NCBI GenBank assembly: GCA_964016885.1
Contig: OZ024741.1
Location: 384,710,001 to 384,774,000, forward strand
DNA length: 64,000 nucleotides
Source of the DNA: Eledone cirrhosa
Lineage: Eukaryota
Reading direction: 5' to 3'
Part shown: positions 43,001 through 61,000 of the stretch, piece by piece
Layout: each line of letters begins with the position of its first letter
Position numbering within the stretch: position 1 is the first letter of the stretch
Made by a program: the position numbers and the translations under genes
Notes under the pieces: generated by a model
The model's input: the letters and a program-made list of their open reading frames with translations, nothing else
Told to the model about the DNA's origin: nothing
Database searches by the model: none

Positions 43001-46000
43001 TTGTCCACTACACTGACCACAGTATCAATGTATTGTCCATTACACTGACCACAGTATCAATGTATTGTCAGCTACAGTGACCACAGTATCAATGTATTGT
43101 CCACTACAGTGACCAGAGTATCAATATATTGTCCACTACAGAGACCACAGTATCAATGTGTTGACCACTACACTGACCACAGTATCAATGTATTGTCCAC
43201 TACACTGACCACAGTATCAATGTATTGTCCACTACAGTGACCACAGTATCAATGTATTGTCCACTACACTGACCACAGTATCAATGTATTGACCACTACA
43301 GTGACCACAGTATCAATGTATTGACCACTACAGTGACCACAGTATCAATATATTGACCACTACAGTGACCACAGTATCAATGTATTGACCACTAGAGTGA
43401 CCACAGTATCAATGTATTGTCCATTACACTGACCACAGTATCAATGTATTGACCACTACAGTGACCACAGTATCAATGTATTGTCCACTACACTGACCAC
43501 AGTATCAATGTATTTTCCACTACAGTGACCACAGTATCAATGTATTGACCACTACACTGACCACAGTATCAATGTATTGTCCACTACAGTGACCACAGTA
43601 TCAATGTATTGTCCACTACACTGACCACAGTATCAATGTATTGTCCACTACACTGACCACAGTATCAATGTATTGTCCATTACACTGACCACAGTATCCA
43701 TGTAATGTCCACTACACTGACCACAGTATTGATGTATTGTCCACTACACTGACCACAGTATCAATGTATTGTCCATTACACTGACCACAGTATCAATGTA
43801 TTGTCCACTACACTGACCACAGTATCAATGTATTGTCCACTACACTGACCACAGTATCAATGTATTGTCCACTACAGTGACCACAGTATCAATGTATTGT
43901 CCACTACAGTGACCACAGTATCAATGTATTGACAACTACATTGACCACAGTATCAATGTATTGTCCACTACACAGACCACAGTATCAATGTATTGTCCAC
44001 TACACTGACCACAGTATCTATATATTGACCACTACAGTGAGCACAGTATCAATGTATTGACCACTACACTGACCACAGTATCAATATATTGTCCACTACA
44101 GTGACCACAGTATCAATGTATTGTCCACTACAGTGACCACAGTATCAATGTATTGTCCACTACAGTGACCAGAGTATCAATATATTGTCCACTACAGTGA
44201 CCACAGTATCAATGTATTGTCCACTACAGTGACAACAGTATCAATGTATTGTCCACTACAGTGACCAGAGTATCAATATATTGTCCACTACAGTGACCAC
44301 AGTATCAATGTATTGGCCACTACAGTGACCACAGTATCAATGTATTGTCCACTACACAGACCACAGTATCAATGTATTGTCCACTACACTGACCACATTA
44401 TCTATATATTGACCACTACAGTGACCACAGTATCAATGTATTGACCACTACACTGACCACAGTATCAATATATTGTCCACTACAGTGACCACAGTATCAA
44501 TGTATTGTCCACTACAGTGACCACAGTATCAATGTATTGTCCACTACACTGACCAGAGTATCAATATATTGTCCACTACAGTGACCACAGTATCAATGTA
44601 TTGACCACTACAGTGACCCCAGTATCAATGTATTGTCCACTACACAGACCACAGTATCAATGTATTGTCCACTACACTGACCACAGTATCTATATATTGA
44701 CCACTACAGTGACCACAGTATCAATGTATTGACCACTACACTGACCACAGTATCAATATATTGTCCACTACAGTGACCACAGTATCAATGTATTGTCCAC
44801 TACAGTGACCACAGTATCAATGTATTGTCCACTACACTGACCACAGTATCAATGTATTGTCCACTACACTGACCACAGTATCTATATATTGACCACTACA
44901 GTGACCACAGTATCAATGTATTGACCACTAAACTGACCACAGTATCAATGTATTGTCCACTACACTGATCACAGTATCAATATATTGTCCACTACACTGA
45001 CCACAGTATCAATGTATTGACCACTACACTGACCACAGTATCAATATATTGTCCACTACAGTGACCACAGTATCAATATATTGACCACTACACTGACCAC
45101 AGTATCAATGTATTGTCCACTACAGTGACCACAGTATCAATGTATTGTCCATTACACTGACCACAGTATCTATATATTGACCACTACACTGACCACAGTA
45201 TCAATATATTGTCCACTACAGTGACCACAGTATCAATGTATTGTCCATTACACTGACCACAGTATCTATATATTGACCACTACATTGACCACAGTATCAA
45301 TGTGTTGTCCACTACACTGACCAAAGTATCAATGTATTGTCCACTACAGTGACCACAGTATCAATGTATTGTCCACTACACTGACCACAGTATCAATGTA
45401 TTGTCCATTACACTGACCACAGTATCAATGTATTGTCAGCTACAGTGACCACAGTATCAATGTATTGTCCACTACAGTGACAACAGTATCAATGTATTGT
45501 CCACTACAGTGACCAGAGTATCAATATATTGTCCACTACAGAGACCACAGTATCAATGTGTTGACCACTACACTGACCACAGTATCAATGTATTGTCCAC
45601 TACACTGACCACAGTATGAATGTATTGTCCACTACAGTGACCACAGTATCAATGTATTGTCCACTACACTGACCACAGTATCAATGTATTGACCACTACA
45701 GTGACCACAGTATCAAAGTATTGACCACTACAGTGACCACAGTATCAATATATTGACCACTACAGTGACCACAGTATCAATGTATTGACCACTAGAGAGA
45801 CCACAGTATCAATGTATTGTCCATTACACTGACCACAGTATCAATGTATTGACCACTACAGTGACCACAGTATCAATGTATTGTCCACTACACTGACCAC
45901 AGTATCAATGTATTGTCCACTACACTGACCACAGTACCAATGTATTGTCCACTACACTGACCACAGTATCAATGTATTGTCCATTACACTGACCACAGTA

Positions 46001-49000
46001 TCCATGTATTGTCCACTACACTGACCACAGTATTGATGTATTGTCCACTACACTGACCACAGTATCAATGTATTGTCCATTACACTGACCACAGTATCAA
46101 TGTATTGTCCACTACACTGACCACAGTATCAATGTATTGTCCACTACACTGACCACAGTATCAATGTATTGTCCACTACAGTGACCACAGTATCAATGTA
46201 TTGTCCACTACAGTGACCACAGTATCAATGTATTGACAACTACATTGACCACAGTATCAATGTATTGTCCACTACACAGACCACAGTATCAATGTATTGT
46301 CCACTACACTGACCACAGTATCTATATATTGACCACTACAGTGAGCACAGTATCAATGTATTGACCACTACACTGACCACAGTATCAATATATTGTCCAC
46401 TACAGTGACCACAGTATCAATGTATTGTCCACTACAGTGACCACAGTATCAATGTATTGTCCACTACAGTGACCAGAGTATCAATATATTGTCCACTACA
46501 GTGACCACAGTATCAATGTATTGTCCACTACAGTGACAACAGTATCAATGTATTGTCCACTACAGTGACCAGAGTATCAATATATTGTCCACTACAGTGA
46601 CCACAGTATCAATGTATTGGCCACTACAGTGACCACAGTATCAATGTATTGTCCACTACACAGACCACAGTATCAATGTATTGTCCACTACACTGACCAC
46701 AGTATCTATATATTGACCACTACAGTGACCACAGTATCAATGTATTGACCACTACACTGACCACAGTATCAATATATTGTCCACTACAGTGACCACAGTA
46801 TCAATGTATTGTCCACTACAGTGACCACAGTATCAATGTATTGTCCACTACACTGACCAGAGTATCAATATATTGTCCACTACAGTGACCACAGTATCAA
46901 TGTATTGACCACTACAGTGACCCCAGTATCAATGTATTGTCCACTACACAGACCACAGCATCAATGTATTGTCCACTACACTGACCACAGTATCTATATA
47001 TTGACCACTACAGTGACCACAGTATCAATGTATTGACCACTACACTGACCACAGTATCAATATATTGTCCACTACAGTGACCACAGTATCAATGTATTGT
47101 CCACTACAGTGACCACAGTATCAATGTATTGTCCACTACACTGACCACAGTATCAATGTATTGTCCACTACACTGACCACAGTATCTATATATTGACCAC
47201 TACAGTGACCACAGTATCAATGTATTGTCCATTACACTGACCACAGTATCTATATATTGACCACTACACTGACCACAGTATCAATATATTGTCCACTACA
47301 GTGACCAGAGTATCAATGTATTGTCCATTACACTGACCACAGTATCTATATATTGACCACTACATTGACCACAGTATCAATGTGTTGTCCACTACACTGA
47401 CCAAAGTATCAATGTATTGTCCACTACAGTGACCACAGTATCAATGTATTGACCACTACACTGACCACAGTATCAATGTATTGTCCATTACACTGACCAC
47501 AGTATCAATGTATTGTCAGCTACAGTGACCACAGTATCAATGTATTGTCCACTACAGTGACAACAGTATCAATGTATTGTCCACTACAGTGACCAGAGTA
47601 TCAATATATTGTCCACTACAGAGACCACAGTATCAATGTGTTGACCACTACACTGACCACAGTATCAATGTATTGTCCACTACACTGACCACAGTATCAA
47701 TGTATTGTCCACTACAGTGACCACAGTATCAATGTATTGTCCACTACACTGACCACAGTATCAATGTATTGACCACTACAGTGACCACAGTATCAATGTA
47801 TTGACCACTACAGTGACCACAGTATCAATATATTGACCACTACAGTGACCACAGTATCAATGTATTGACCACTAGAGTGACCACAGTATCAATGTATTGT
47901 CCATTACACTGACCACAGTATCAATGTATTGACCACTACAGTGACCACAGTATCAATGTATTGTCCACTACACTGACCACAGTATCAATGTATTTTCCAC
48001 TACAGTGACCACAGTATCAATGTATTGACCACTACACTGACCACAGTATCAATGTATTGTCCACTACAGTGACCACAGTATCAATGTATTGTCCACTACA
48101 CTGACCACAGTATCAATGTATTGTCCACTACACTGACCACAGTATCAATGTATTGTCCATTACACTGACCACAGTATCCATGTATTGTCCACTACACTGA
48201 CCACAGTATTGATGTATTGTCCACTACACTGACCACAGTATCAATGTATTGTCCATTACACTGACCACAGTATCAATGTATTGTCCACTACACTGACCAC
48301 AGTATCAATGTATTGTCCACTACACTGACCACAGTATCAATGTATTGTCCACTACAGTGACCACAGTATCAATGTATTGTCCACTACAGTGACCACAGTA
48401 TCAATGTATTGACAACTACATTGACCACAGTATCAATGTATTGTCCACTACACAGACCACAGTATCAATGTATTGTCCACTACACTGACCACAGTATCTA
48501 TATATTGACCACTAAAGTGAGCACAGTATCAATGTATTGACCACTACACTGACCACAGTATCAATATATTGTCCACTACAGTGACCACAGTATCAATGTA
48601 TTGTCCACTACAGTGACCACAGTATCAATGTATTGTCAGCTACACTGACCACAGTATCAATGTATTGTCCACTACACTGACCACAGTATCTATATATTGA
48701 CCACTATAGTGACCACAGTATCAATGTATTGACCACTACACTGACCACAGTATCAATGTATTGTCCACTACACTGATCACAGTATCAATATATTGTCCAC
48801 TACACTGACCACAGTATCAATGTATTGACCACTACACTGACCACAGTATCAATATATTGTCCACTACAGTGACCACAGTATCAATATATTGACCACTACA
48901 CTGACCACAGTATCAATGTATTGTCCACTACCGTGACCACAGTATCAATGTATTGTCCACTACAGTGACCACAGTATCAATCTACTGACCACTACACTGA

Positions 49001-52000
49001 CCACAGTATCAATGTATTGTCCACTACAGTGACCACAGTATCAATGTATTGTCCACTACAGTGACCACAGTATCAATATATTGACCACTACAATGACCAC
49101 AGTATCAATGTATTGACCACGATAGTGACCACAGTATCAACGTATTGTCCACTACACTGACCACAGTATCAATGTATTGTCCACTACAGTGACCACAGTA
49201 TCAATGTATTGTCCATTACACTGACCACAGTATCTATATATTGACCACTACACTGACCACAGTATCAATATATTGTCCATTACACTGACCACAGTATCTA
49301 TATATTGACCACTACATTGACCACAGTATCAATGTATTGTCCACTACACTGACCACAGTATCAATGTATTGTCCACTACAGTGTCCACAGTATCAATGTA
49401 TTGTCAACTACACTGACCGCAGTATCAATATATTGACCACTACAGTGACCATACTATCTATATATTGACCACTACACTGACCACAGTATCAATGTATTGT
49501 CCACTACACTGACCACAGTATCAATGTATTGACCACTACAGTGACCACAGTATCAATGTATTGTCCACTACACTGACCACAGTATAAATATATTGACCAC
49601 TACACTGACCACAGTATCAATGTATTGTCCACTACAGTGACCACAGTATCAATGTATTGTCCATTACACTGAACACAGTATCAATATATTGTCCACTACA
49701 CTGACCACTGTATCAATGTATTGTCCACTACAGTGACCACAGTATCAATGTATTGTCCACTACACTGACCACAGTATCAATGTATTGTCCACTACACTGA
49801 CCACAGTATCAATATATTGTCCACTACAGTGACCACAGTATCAATGTATTGTCCAGTACAGTGCCCACACTATCAATGTATTGACCACTACACTGACCAC
49901 AGTATCAATGTATTGTCCACTACAGTGACCACAGTATCAATGTATTGTGCACTACACTGACCACAGTATCAATGTATTGTCCACTACAGTGACCACAGTA
50001 TCAATGTATTGTCCACTACACTGACCACAGTATCAATGTATTGTCCACTACAGTGACCACAGTATCAATGTATTGTCCACTACAGTGACCACAGTATCAA
50101 TGTATTGTCCACTACAGTGACCACAGTATCAATGTATTGTCCACTACACTGACCACAGTATCAATGTATTGACCAATACAGTGACCACAGTATCAATATA
50201 TTGACCACTACAGTGACCACAGTATCAATGTATTGACCACTACAGTGACCACAGTATCAATGTATTGTCCATTACACTGACCACAGTATCAATGTATTGA
50301 CCTCTAGAGTGACCACAGTATCAATGTATTGTCCACTACACTGACCACAGTATCAATGTATTTTCCACTACAGTGACCACAGTATCAATGTATTGACCAC
50401 TACACTGACCACAGTATCAATGTATTGTCCACTACAGTGACCACAGTATCAATGTATTGTCCACTACACTGACCACAGTATCAATGTATTGTCCACTACA
50501 CTGACCACAGTATCAATGTATTGTCCATTACACTGACCACAGTATCCATGTATTGTCCACTACACTGACCACAGTATCAATGTATTGTCCACTACACTGA
50601 CCACAGTATCAATGTATTGTCCATTACACTGACCACAGTATCAATGTATTGTCCACTACACTGACCACAGTATCAATGTATTGTCCACTACACTGACCAC
50701 AGTATCAATGTATTGTCCACTACAGTGACCCCAGTATCAATGTATTGTCCACTACACTGACCACAGTATCAATGTATTGTCCATTACACTGACCACAGTA
50801 TCAATGTATTGTCCACTACAGTGACCACAGTATCAATGTATTGTCCACTACACAGACCACAGTATCAATGTATTGTCCACTACACTGACCACAGTATCAA
50901 TGTAGTGTCCACTACAGTGACCACAGTATCAATGTATTGTCCACTACAGTGACCACAGTATCAATGTATTGTCCACTACAGTGACCACAGTATCAATGTA
51001 TTGACCACTACAGTGACCACAGTATCAATGTATTGTCCACTACACAGACCACAGTATCAATGTATTGTCCACTACACTGACCACAGTATCTATATATTGA
51101 CCACTACAGTGAGCACAGTATCAATGTATTGACCACTACACTGACCACAGTATCAATATATTGTCCACTACAGTGACCACAGTATCAATGTATTGTCCAC
51201 TACAGTGACCACAGTATCAATGTATTGACCACTACACTGACCACAGTATCAATGTATTGACCACTACACTGACCACAGTATCAATGTATTGTCCACTACA
51301 CTGATCACAGTATCAATATATTGTCCACTACACTGACCACAGTATCAATGTATTGACCACTACACTGACCACAGTATCAATATATTGTCCACTACAGTGA
51401 CCACAGTATCAATATATTGACCACTACACTGACCACAGTATCAATGTATTGTCCACTACCGTGACCACAGTATCAATGTATTGTCCACTACAGTGACCAC
51501 AGTATCAATCTACTGACCACTACACTGACCACAGTATCAATGTATTGTCCACTACAGTGACCACAGTATCAATGTATTGTCCACTACAGTGACCACAGTA
51601 TCAATATATTGACCACTACAATGACCACAGTATCAATGTATTGACCACTACAGTGACCACAGTATCAATGTATTGTCCACTACACTGACCACAGTATCAA
51701 TGTATTGTCCACTACAGTGACCACAGTATCAATATATTGACCACTACAGTGACCACAGTATCAATGTGTTGACCACGATAGTGACCACAGTATCAACGTA
51801 TTGTCCACTACACTGACCACAGTATCAATGTATTGTCCACTACAGTGACCACAGTATCAATGTATTGTCCATTACACTGACCACAGTATCTATATATTGA
51901 CCACTACACTGACCACAGTATCAATATATTGTCCATTACACTGACCACAGTATCTATATATTGACCACTACATTGACCACAGTATCAATGTATTGTCCAC

Positions 52001-55000
52001 TACACTGACCACAGTATCAATGTATTGTCCACTACAGTGTCCACAGTATCAATGTATTGTCAACTACACTGACCACAGTATCAATATATTGACCACTACA
52101 GTGACCATACTATCTATATATTGACCACTACACTGACCACAGTATCAATGTATTGTCCACTACACTGACCACAGTATCAATGTATTGACCACTACAGTGA
52201 CCAGAGTATCAATGTATTGTCCACTACACTGACCACAGTATAAATATATTGACCACTACACTGACCACAGTATCAATGTATTGTCCACTACAGTGACCAC
52301 AGTATCAATGTATTGTCCATTACACTGAACACAGTATCAATATATTGTCCACTACACTGACCACTGTATCAATGTATTGTCCACTACAGTGACCACAGTA
52401 TCAATGTATTGTCCACTACACTGACCACAGTATCAATGTATTGTCCACTACACTGACCACAGTATCAATATATTGTCCACTACAGTGACCACAGTATCAA
52501 TGTATTGTCCAGTACAGTGCCCACACTATCAATGTATTGACCACTACACTGACCACAGTATCAATGTATTGTCCACTACAGTGACCACAGTATCAATGTA
52601 TTGTGCACTACACTGACCACAGTATCAATGTATTGTCCACTACAGTGACCACAGTATCAATGTATTGTCCACTACACTGACCACAGTATCAATGTATTGT
52701 CCACTACAGTGACCACAGTATCAATGTATTGTCCACTACAGTGACCACAGTATCAATGTATTGTCCACTACAGTGACCACAGCATCAATGTATTGTCCAC
52801 TACACTGACCACAGTATCAATGTATTGACCACTACAGTGACCACAGTATCAATATATTGACCACTACAGTGACCACAGTATCAATGTATTGACCACTACA
52901 GTGACCACAGTATCAATGTATTGTCCATTACACTGACCACAGTATCAATGTATTGACCTCTACAGTTACCACAGTATCAATGTATTGTCCACTACACTGA
53001 CCAGAGTATCAATGTATTGTCCACTACACTGACCACAGTATCAATGTATTGTCCACTACAATGACCACAGTATCAATGTATTGTCCATTACACTGACCAC
53101 AGTATCCATGTATTGTCCACTACACTGACCACAGTATCAATGTATTGTCCACTACACTGACCACAGTATCAATGTATTGTCCATTACACTGACCACAGTA
53201 TCAATGTATTGTCCACTACACTGACCACAGTATCAATGTATTGTCCACTACACTGACCGCAGTATCAATGTATTGTCCACTACAGTGACCACAGTATCAA
53301 TATATTGTCCACTACACTGACCACAGTATCAATGTATTGTCCATTACACTGACCACAGTATCAATGTATTGTCCACTACAGTGACCACAGTATCAATGTA
53401 TTGTCCACTACACAGACCACAGTATCAATGTATTGTCCACTACACTGACCACAGTATCAATGTAGTGTCCACTACAGTGACCACAGTATCAATGTATTGT
53501 CCACTACAGTGACCACAGTATCAATGTATTGTCCACTACAGTGACCACAGTATCAATGTATTGACCACTACAGTGACCACAGTATCAATGTATTGTCCAC
53601 TACACTGACCACAGTATCTATATATTGACCACTACAGTGAGCACAGTATCAATGTATTGACCACTACACTGACCACAGTATCAATATATTGTCCACTACA
53701 GTGACCACAGTATCAATGTATTGTCCACTACAGTGACCACAGTATCAATGTATTGACCACTACACTGACCACAGTATCAATGTATTGTCCACTACACTGA
53801 CCACAGTATCAATATATTGTCCACTACAGTGACCACAGTATCAATATATTGACCACTACACTGACCACAGTATCAATGTATTGTCCACTACAGTGACCAC
53901 AGTATCAATGTATTGTCCACTACAGTGACCACAGTACCAATCTACTGACCACTACACTGACCACAGTATCAATGTATTGTCCACTACAGTGACCACAGTA
54001 TCAATGTATTGTCCACTACAGTGACCACAGTATCAATATATTGACCACTACAATGACCACAGTATCAATGTATTGACCACTACAGTGACCACAATATCAA
54101 TGTATTGTCCACTACACTGAGCATAGTATCAATGTATTGTCCACTACAGTGACCACAGTATCAATATATTGACCACTACAATGACCACAGTATCAATGTA
54201 TTGACCACTACAGTGACCACAATATCAATGTATTGTCCACTACACTGACCATAGTATCAATGTATTGTCCACTACAGTGACCACAGTTTCAATATATTGT
54301 CAACTACACTGACCATAGTATCAATGTATTGTCCACTACACTGACCACAGTATCAATATATTGTCCACTACACTGACCACAGTATCAATGTATTGTCCAC
54401 TACAGTGACCAGAGTATCAATGTATTGTCCACTACAGTGACCACAGTATCAATGTATTGACAACTACAGTGACCACAGTATCAATGTATTGACCACTACA
54501 GTGACCACAGTATCAATGTATTGTCCACTACAGTGACCACAGTATCAATGTATTGTCCACTACAGAGACCAGAGTATCAATGTATTGTCCACTACACTGA
54601 CCACAGTATCAATGTATTGTCCACTACACTGACCACAGTATCAATGTATTGTCCACTACACTGACCATAGTATCAATGTATTGTCCACTACACTGACCAC
54701 AGTATCAATGTATTGTCCACTACACTGACCACAGTATCAATGTATTGTCCACTACAGTGACCAGAGTATCAATGTATTGTCCACTACACTGACCACAGTA
54801 TCAATGTATTGTCCACTACACTGACCATAGTATCAATGTATTGTCCACTACACTGACCACAGTATCAATGTATTGTCCACTACACTGACCACAGTATCAA
54901 TATATTGTCCACTACAGTGACCAGAGTATCAATGTATTGTCCACTACACTGACCACAGTATCAATGTATTGTCCACTACACTGACCACAGTATCAATGTA

Positions 55001-58000
55001 TTGTCCACTACAGTGACCAGAGTATCAATGTATTGTCCATTACACTGACCACAGTATCAATGTATTGTCCACTACACTGACCACAGTATCAATGTATTGT
55101 CCACTACACTGACCATAGTATCAATGTATTGTCCACTACAGTGACCACAGTATCAATGTATTGTCCACTACAGTGACCACAGTATCAATGTATTGTCCAC
55201 TACACTGACCACAGTATCAATGTATTGTCCACTACAGTGACAACAGTATCAATGTATTGTCCACTACACTGACCACAGCATCAACGTATTGTCCACTACA
55301 GTGACCACAGTATCAATATATTGTCCACTACACTGACCACAGTATCAATGTATTGACCACTACACTAACCACAGTATCAATGTATTGTCCACTACACTGA
55401 CCACAGTATCTATATATTGACCACTACAGTGACCACAGTATCAATGTCTTGACCACTACACTGACCACAGTATCAATATATTGTCCACTACAGTGACCAC
55501 AGTATCAATGTATTGTCCACTACAGTGACCACAGTATCAATGTATTGTCCACTACACTGACCACAGTATCAATGTATTGTCCACTACACTGACGACAGTA
55601 TCTATATATTGACCACTACAGTGACCACAGTATCAATGTATTGACCACTACACTGACCACAGTATCAATGTATTGTCCACTACACTGATCACAGTATCAA
55701 TATATTGTCCACTACACTGACCACAGTATCAATGTATTGACCACTACACTGACCACAGAATCAATATATTGTCCACTACAGTGACCACAGTATCAATGTA
55801 TTGTCCACTACAGTGACCACAGTATCAATGTATTTCCACTACACTGACCATAGTATCAATGTATTGTCCACTACACTGACCACAGTATCAATGTATTGTC
55901 CACTACACTGACCACAGTATCAATGTATTGTCCACTACACTGACCACAGTATCAATGTATTGTCCACTACAGTGACAACAGTATCAATGTATTGTCCACT
56001 ACACTGACCACAGCATCAACGTATTGTCCACTACAGTGACCACAGTATCAATATATTGTCCACTACACTGACCACAGTATCAATGTATTGACCACTACAC
56101 TAACCACAGTATCAATGTATTGTCCACTACACTGACCACAGTATCTATATATTGACCACTACAGTGACCACAGTATCAATGTCTTGACCACTACACTGAC
56201 CACAGTATCAATATATTGTCCACTACAGTGACCACAGTATCAATGTATTGTCCACTACAGTGACCACAGTATCAATGTACTGTCCACTACACTGACCACA
56301 GTATCAATGTATTGTCCACTACACTGACGACAGTATCTATATATTGACCACTACAGTGACCACAGTATCAATGTATTGACCACTACACTGACCACAGTAT
56401 CAATGTATTGACCACTACACTGACCACAGAATCAATATATTGTCCACTACACTGACCACAGTATCAATGTATTGTGCACTACACTGACCACAGTATCAAT
56501 GTATTGTCCACTACAGTGACCACAGTATCAATGTATTGTCCACTACACTGACCACAGTATCAATGTATTGTCCACTACAGTGACCACAGTATCAATGTAT
56601 TGTCCACTACAGTGACCACAGTATCAATGTATTGTCCACTACAGTGACCACAGCATCAATGTATTGTCCACTACACTGACCACAGTATCAATGTATTGAC
56701 CACTACAGTGACCACAGTATCAATATATTGACCACTACAGTGACCACAGTATCAATGTATTGACCACTACAGTGACCACAGTATCAATGTATTGTCCATT
56801 ACACTGACCACAGTATCAATGTATTGACCTCTACAGTTACCACAGTATCAATGTATTGTCCACTACACTGACCAGAGTATCAATGTATTGTCCACTACAC
56901 TGACCACAGTATCAATGTATTGTCCACTACACTGACCACAGTATCAATGTATTGTCCATTACACTGACCACAGTATCCATGTATTGTCCACTACACTGAC
57001 CACAGTATCAATGTATTGTCCACTACACTGACCACAGTATCAATGTATTGTCCATTACACTGACCACAGTATCAATGTATTGTCCACTACACTGACCACA
57101 GTATCAATGTATTGTCCACTACACTGACCGCAGTATCAATGTATTGTCCACTACAGTGACCACAGTATCAATGTATTGTCCACTACACTGACCACAGTAT
57201 CAATGTATTGTCCATTACACTGACCACAGTATCAATGTATTGTCCACTACAGTGACCACAGTATCAATGTATTGTCCACTACACAGACCACAGTATCAAT
57301 GTATTGTCCACTACACTGACCACAGTATCAATGTAGTGTCCACTACAGTGACCACAGTATCAATGTATTGTCCACTACAGTGACCACAGTATCAATGTAT
57401 TGTCCACTACAGTGACCACAGTATCAATGTATTGACCACTACAGTGACCACAGTATCAATGTATTGTCCACTACACTGACCACAGTATATATATATTGAC
57501 CACTACAGTGAGCACAGTATCAATGTATTGACCACTACACTGACCACAGTATCAATATATTGTCCACTACAGTGACCACAGTATCAATGTATTGTCAACT
57601 ACAGTGACCACAGTATCAATGTATTGACCACTACACTGACCACAGTATCAATGTATTGTCCACTACACTGACCACAGTATCAATATATTGTCCACTACAG
57701 TGACCACAGTATCAATATATTGACCACTACACTGACCACAGTATCAATGTATTGTCCACTACAGTGACCACAGTATCAATGTATTGTCCACTACAGTGAC
57801 CACAGTACCAATCTACTGACCACTACACTGACCACAGTATCAATGTATTGTCCACTACAGTGACCACAGTATCAATGTATTGTCCACTACAGTGACCACA
57901 GTATCAATATATTGACCACTACAATGACCACAGTATCAATGTATTGACCACTACAGTGACCACAATATCAATGTATTGTCCACTACACTGACCATAGTAT

Positions 58001-61000
58001 CAATGTATTGTCCACTACAGTGACCACAGTATCAATATATTGACCACTACAATGACCACAGTATCAATGTATTGACCACTACAGTGACCACAATATCAAT
58101 GTATTGTCCACTACACTGACCATAGTATCAATGTATTGTCCACTACAGTGACCACAGTTTCAATATATTGTCCACTACACTGACCATAGTATCAATGTAT
58201 TGTCCACTACACTGACCACAGTATCAATATATTGTCCACTACACTGACCACAGTATCAATGTATTGTCCACTACAGTGACCAGAGTATCAATGTATTGTC
58301 CACTACAGTGACCACAGTATCAATGTATTGACAACTACAGTGACCACAGTATCAATGTATTGACCACTACAGTGACCACAGTATCAATGTATTGTCCACT
58401 ACAGTGACCACAGTATCAATGTATTGTCCACTACAGAGACCAGAGTATCAATGTATTGTCCACTACACTGACCACAGTATCAATGTATTGTCCACTACAC
58501 TGACCACAGTATCAATGTATTGTCCACTACACTGACCATAGTATCAATGTATTGTCCACTACACTGACCACAGTATCAATGTATTGTCCACTACACTGAC
58601 CACAGTATCAATGTATTGTCCACTACAGTGACCAGAGTATCAATGTATTGTCCACTACACTGACCACAGTATCAATGTATTGTCCACTACACTGACCATA
58701 GTATCAATGTATTGTCCACTACACTGACCACAGTATCAATGTATTGTCCACTACACTGACCACAGTATCAATATATTGTCCACTACAGTGACCAGAGTAT
58801 CAATGTATTGTCCACTACACTGACCACAGTATCAATGTATTGTCCACTACACTGACCATAGTATCAATGTATTGTCCACTACAGTGACCACAGTATCAAT
58901 GTATTGTCCACTACAGTGACCACAGTATCAATGTATTTCCACTACACTGACCATAGTATCAATGTATTGTCCACTACAGTGACCACAGTATCAATGTATT
59001 GTCCACTACACTGACCACAGTATCAATGTATTGTCCACTACACTGACCACAGTATCAATGTATTGTCCACTACAGTGACAACAGTATCAATGTATTGTCC
59101 ACTACACTGACCACAGCATCAACGTATTGTCCACTACAGTGACCACAGTATCAATATATTGTCCACTACACTGACCACAGTATCAATGTATTGACCACTA
59201 CACTAACCACAGTATCAATGTATTGTCCACTACACTGACCACAGTATCTATATATTGACCACTACAGTGACCACAGTATCAATGTCTTGACCACTACACT
59301 GACCACAGTATCAATATATTGTCCACTACAGTGACCACAGTATCAATGTATTGTCCACTACAGTGACCACAGTATCAATGTATTGTCCACTACACTGACC
59401 ACAGTATCAATGTATTGTCCACTACACTGACGACAGTATCTATATATTGACCACTACAGTGACCACAGTATCAATGTATTGACCACTACACTGACCACAG
59501 TATCAATGTATTGTCCACTACACTGATCACAGTATCAATATATTGTCCACTACACTGACCACAGTATCAATGTATTGACCACTACACTGACCACAGAATC
59601 AATATATTGTCCACTACAGTGACCACAGTATCAATATATTGACCACTACACTGACCACAGTATCAATGTATTGTCCACTACAGTGACCACAGTATCAATG
59701 TATTGTCCACTACAGTGACCACAGTATCAATCTACTGACCACAGTATCAATGTATTGTCCACTACAGTGACCACAGTATCAATGTATTGTCCACTACAGT
59801 GACCACAGTATCAATATATTGACCACTACAATGACCACAGTATCAATGTATTGACCACTACAGTGACCACAGTATCAATGTATTGTCCACTACACTGACC
59901 ACAGTATCAATGTATTGTCCACTACAGTGACCACAGTATCAATGTATTGACCACTACAGTGACCACAGTATGAATGTATTGTCCACTACACTGACCACAG
60001 TATCAATGTATTGTCCACTACAGTGACCACAGTATCAATGTATTGTCCATTACACTGACCACAGTATCTATATATTGACCACTACACTGACCACAGTTTC
60101 AATGTATTGTCCACTACAGTGACCACAGTATCAATGTATTGTACATTGCACTGACCACAGTATCTATATATTGACCACTACATTGACCACAGTATCAATG
60201 TATTGTCCACTACACTGACCACAGTATCAAAGTATTGTCCACTACAGTGACACAATATCAATGTATTGTCAACTACACTGACCACAGTATCAATATATTG
60301 ACCACTACAGTGACCACACTATCTATATATTGACCACTACACTGACCACAGTATCAATGTATTGTCCACTACACTGACCACAGTATCAATGTATTGACCA
60401 CTACAGTGACCACAGTATCAATGTATTGTCCACTACACTGACCACAGTATCAATATATTGACCACTACACTGACCACAGTATCAATGTATTGTCCACTAC
60501 AGTGACCACAGTATCAATGTATTGTCCATTACACTGAACACAGTATCAATATATTGTCCACTACACTGACAACAGTATCAATGTATTGTCCACTACAGTG
60601 ACCACAGTATCAATGTATTGTCCACTACACTGACCACAGTATCAATGTATTGTCCACTACACTGACCACAGTATCAATATATTGACCACTAAACTGACCA
60701 CAGTATCAATATATTGTCCACTACAGTGACCACAGTATCAATGTATTGTCCAGTACAGTGCCCACAGTATCAATGTATTGACCACTACACTGACCACAAT
60801 ATCAATGTATTGTCCACTACAGTGACCACAGTATCAATGTATTGTCCACTACACTGACCACAGTATCAATGTATTGTCCACTACACTGACCACAGTACCA
60901 ATGTATTGTCCACTACACTGACCACAGTATCAATGTATTGTCCACTGCAGTGACCACAGTATCAATGTATTGTCCATTACACTGACCACAGTTTCAATGT

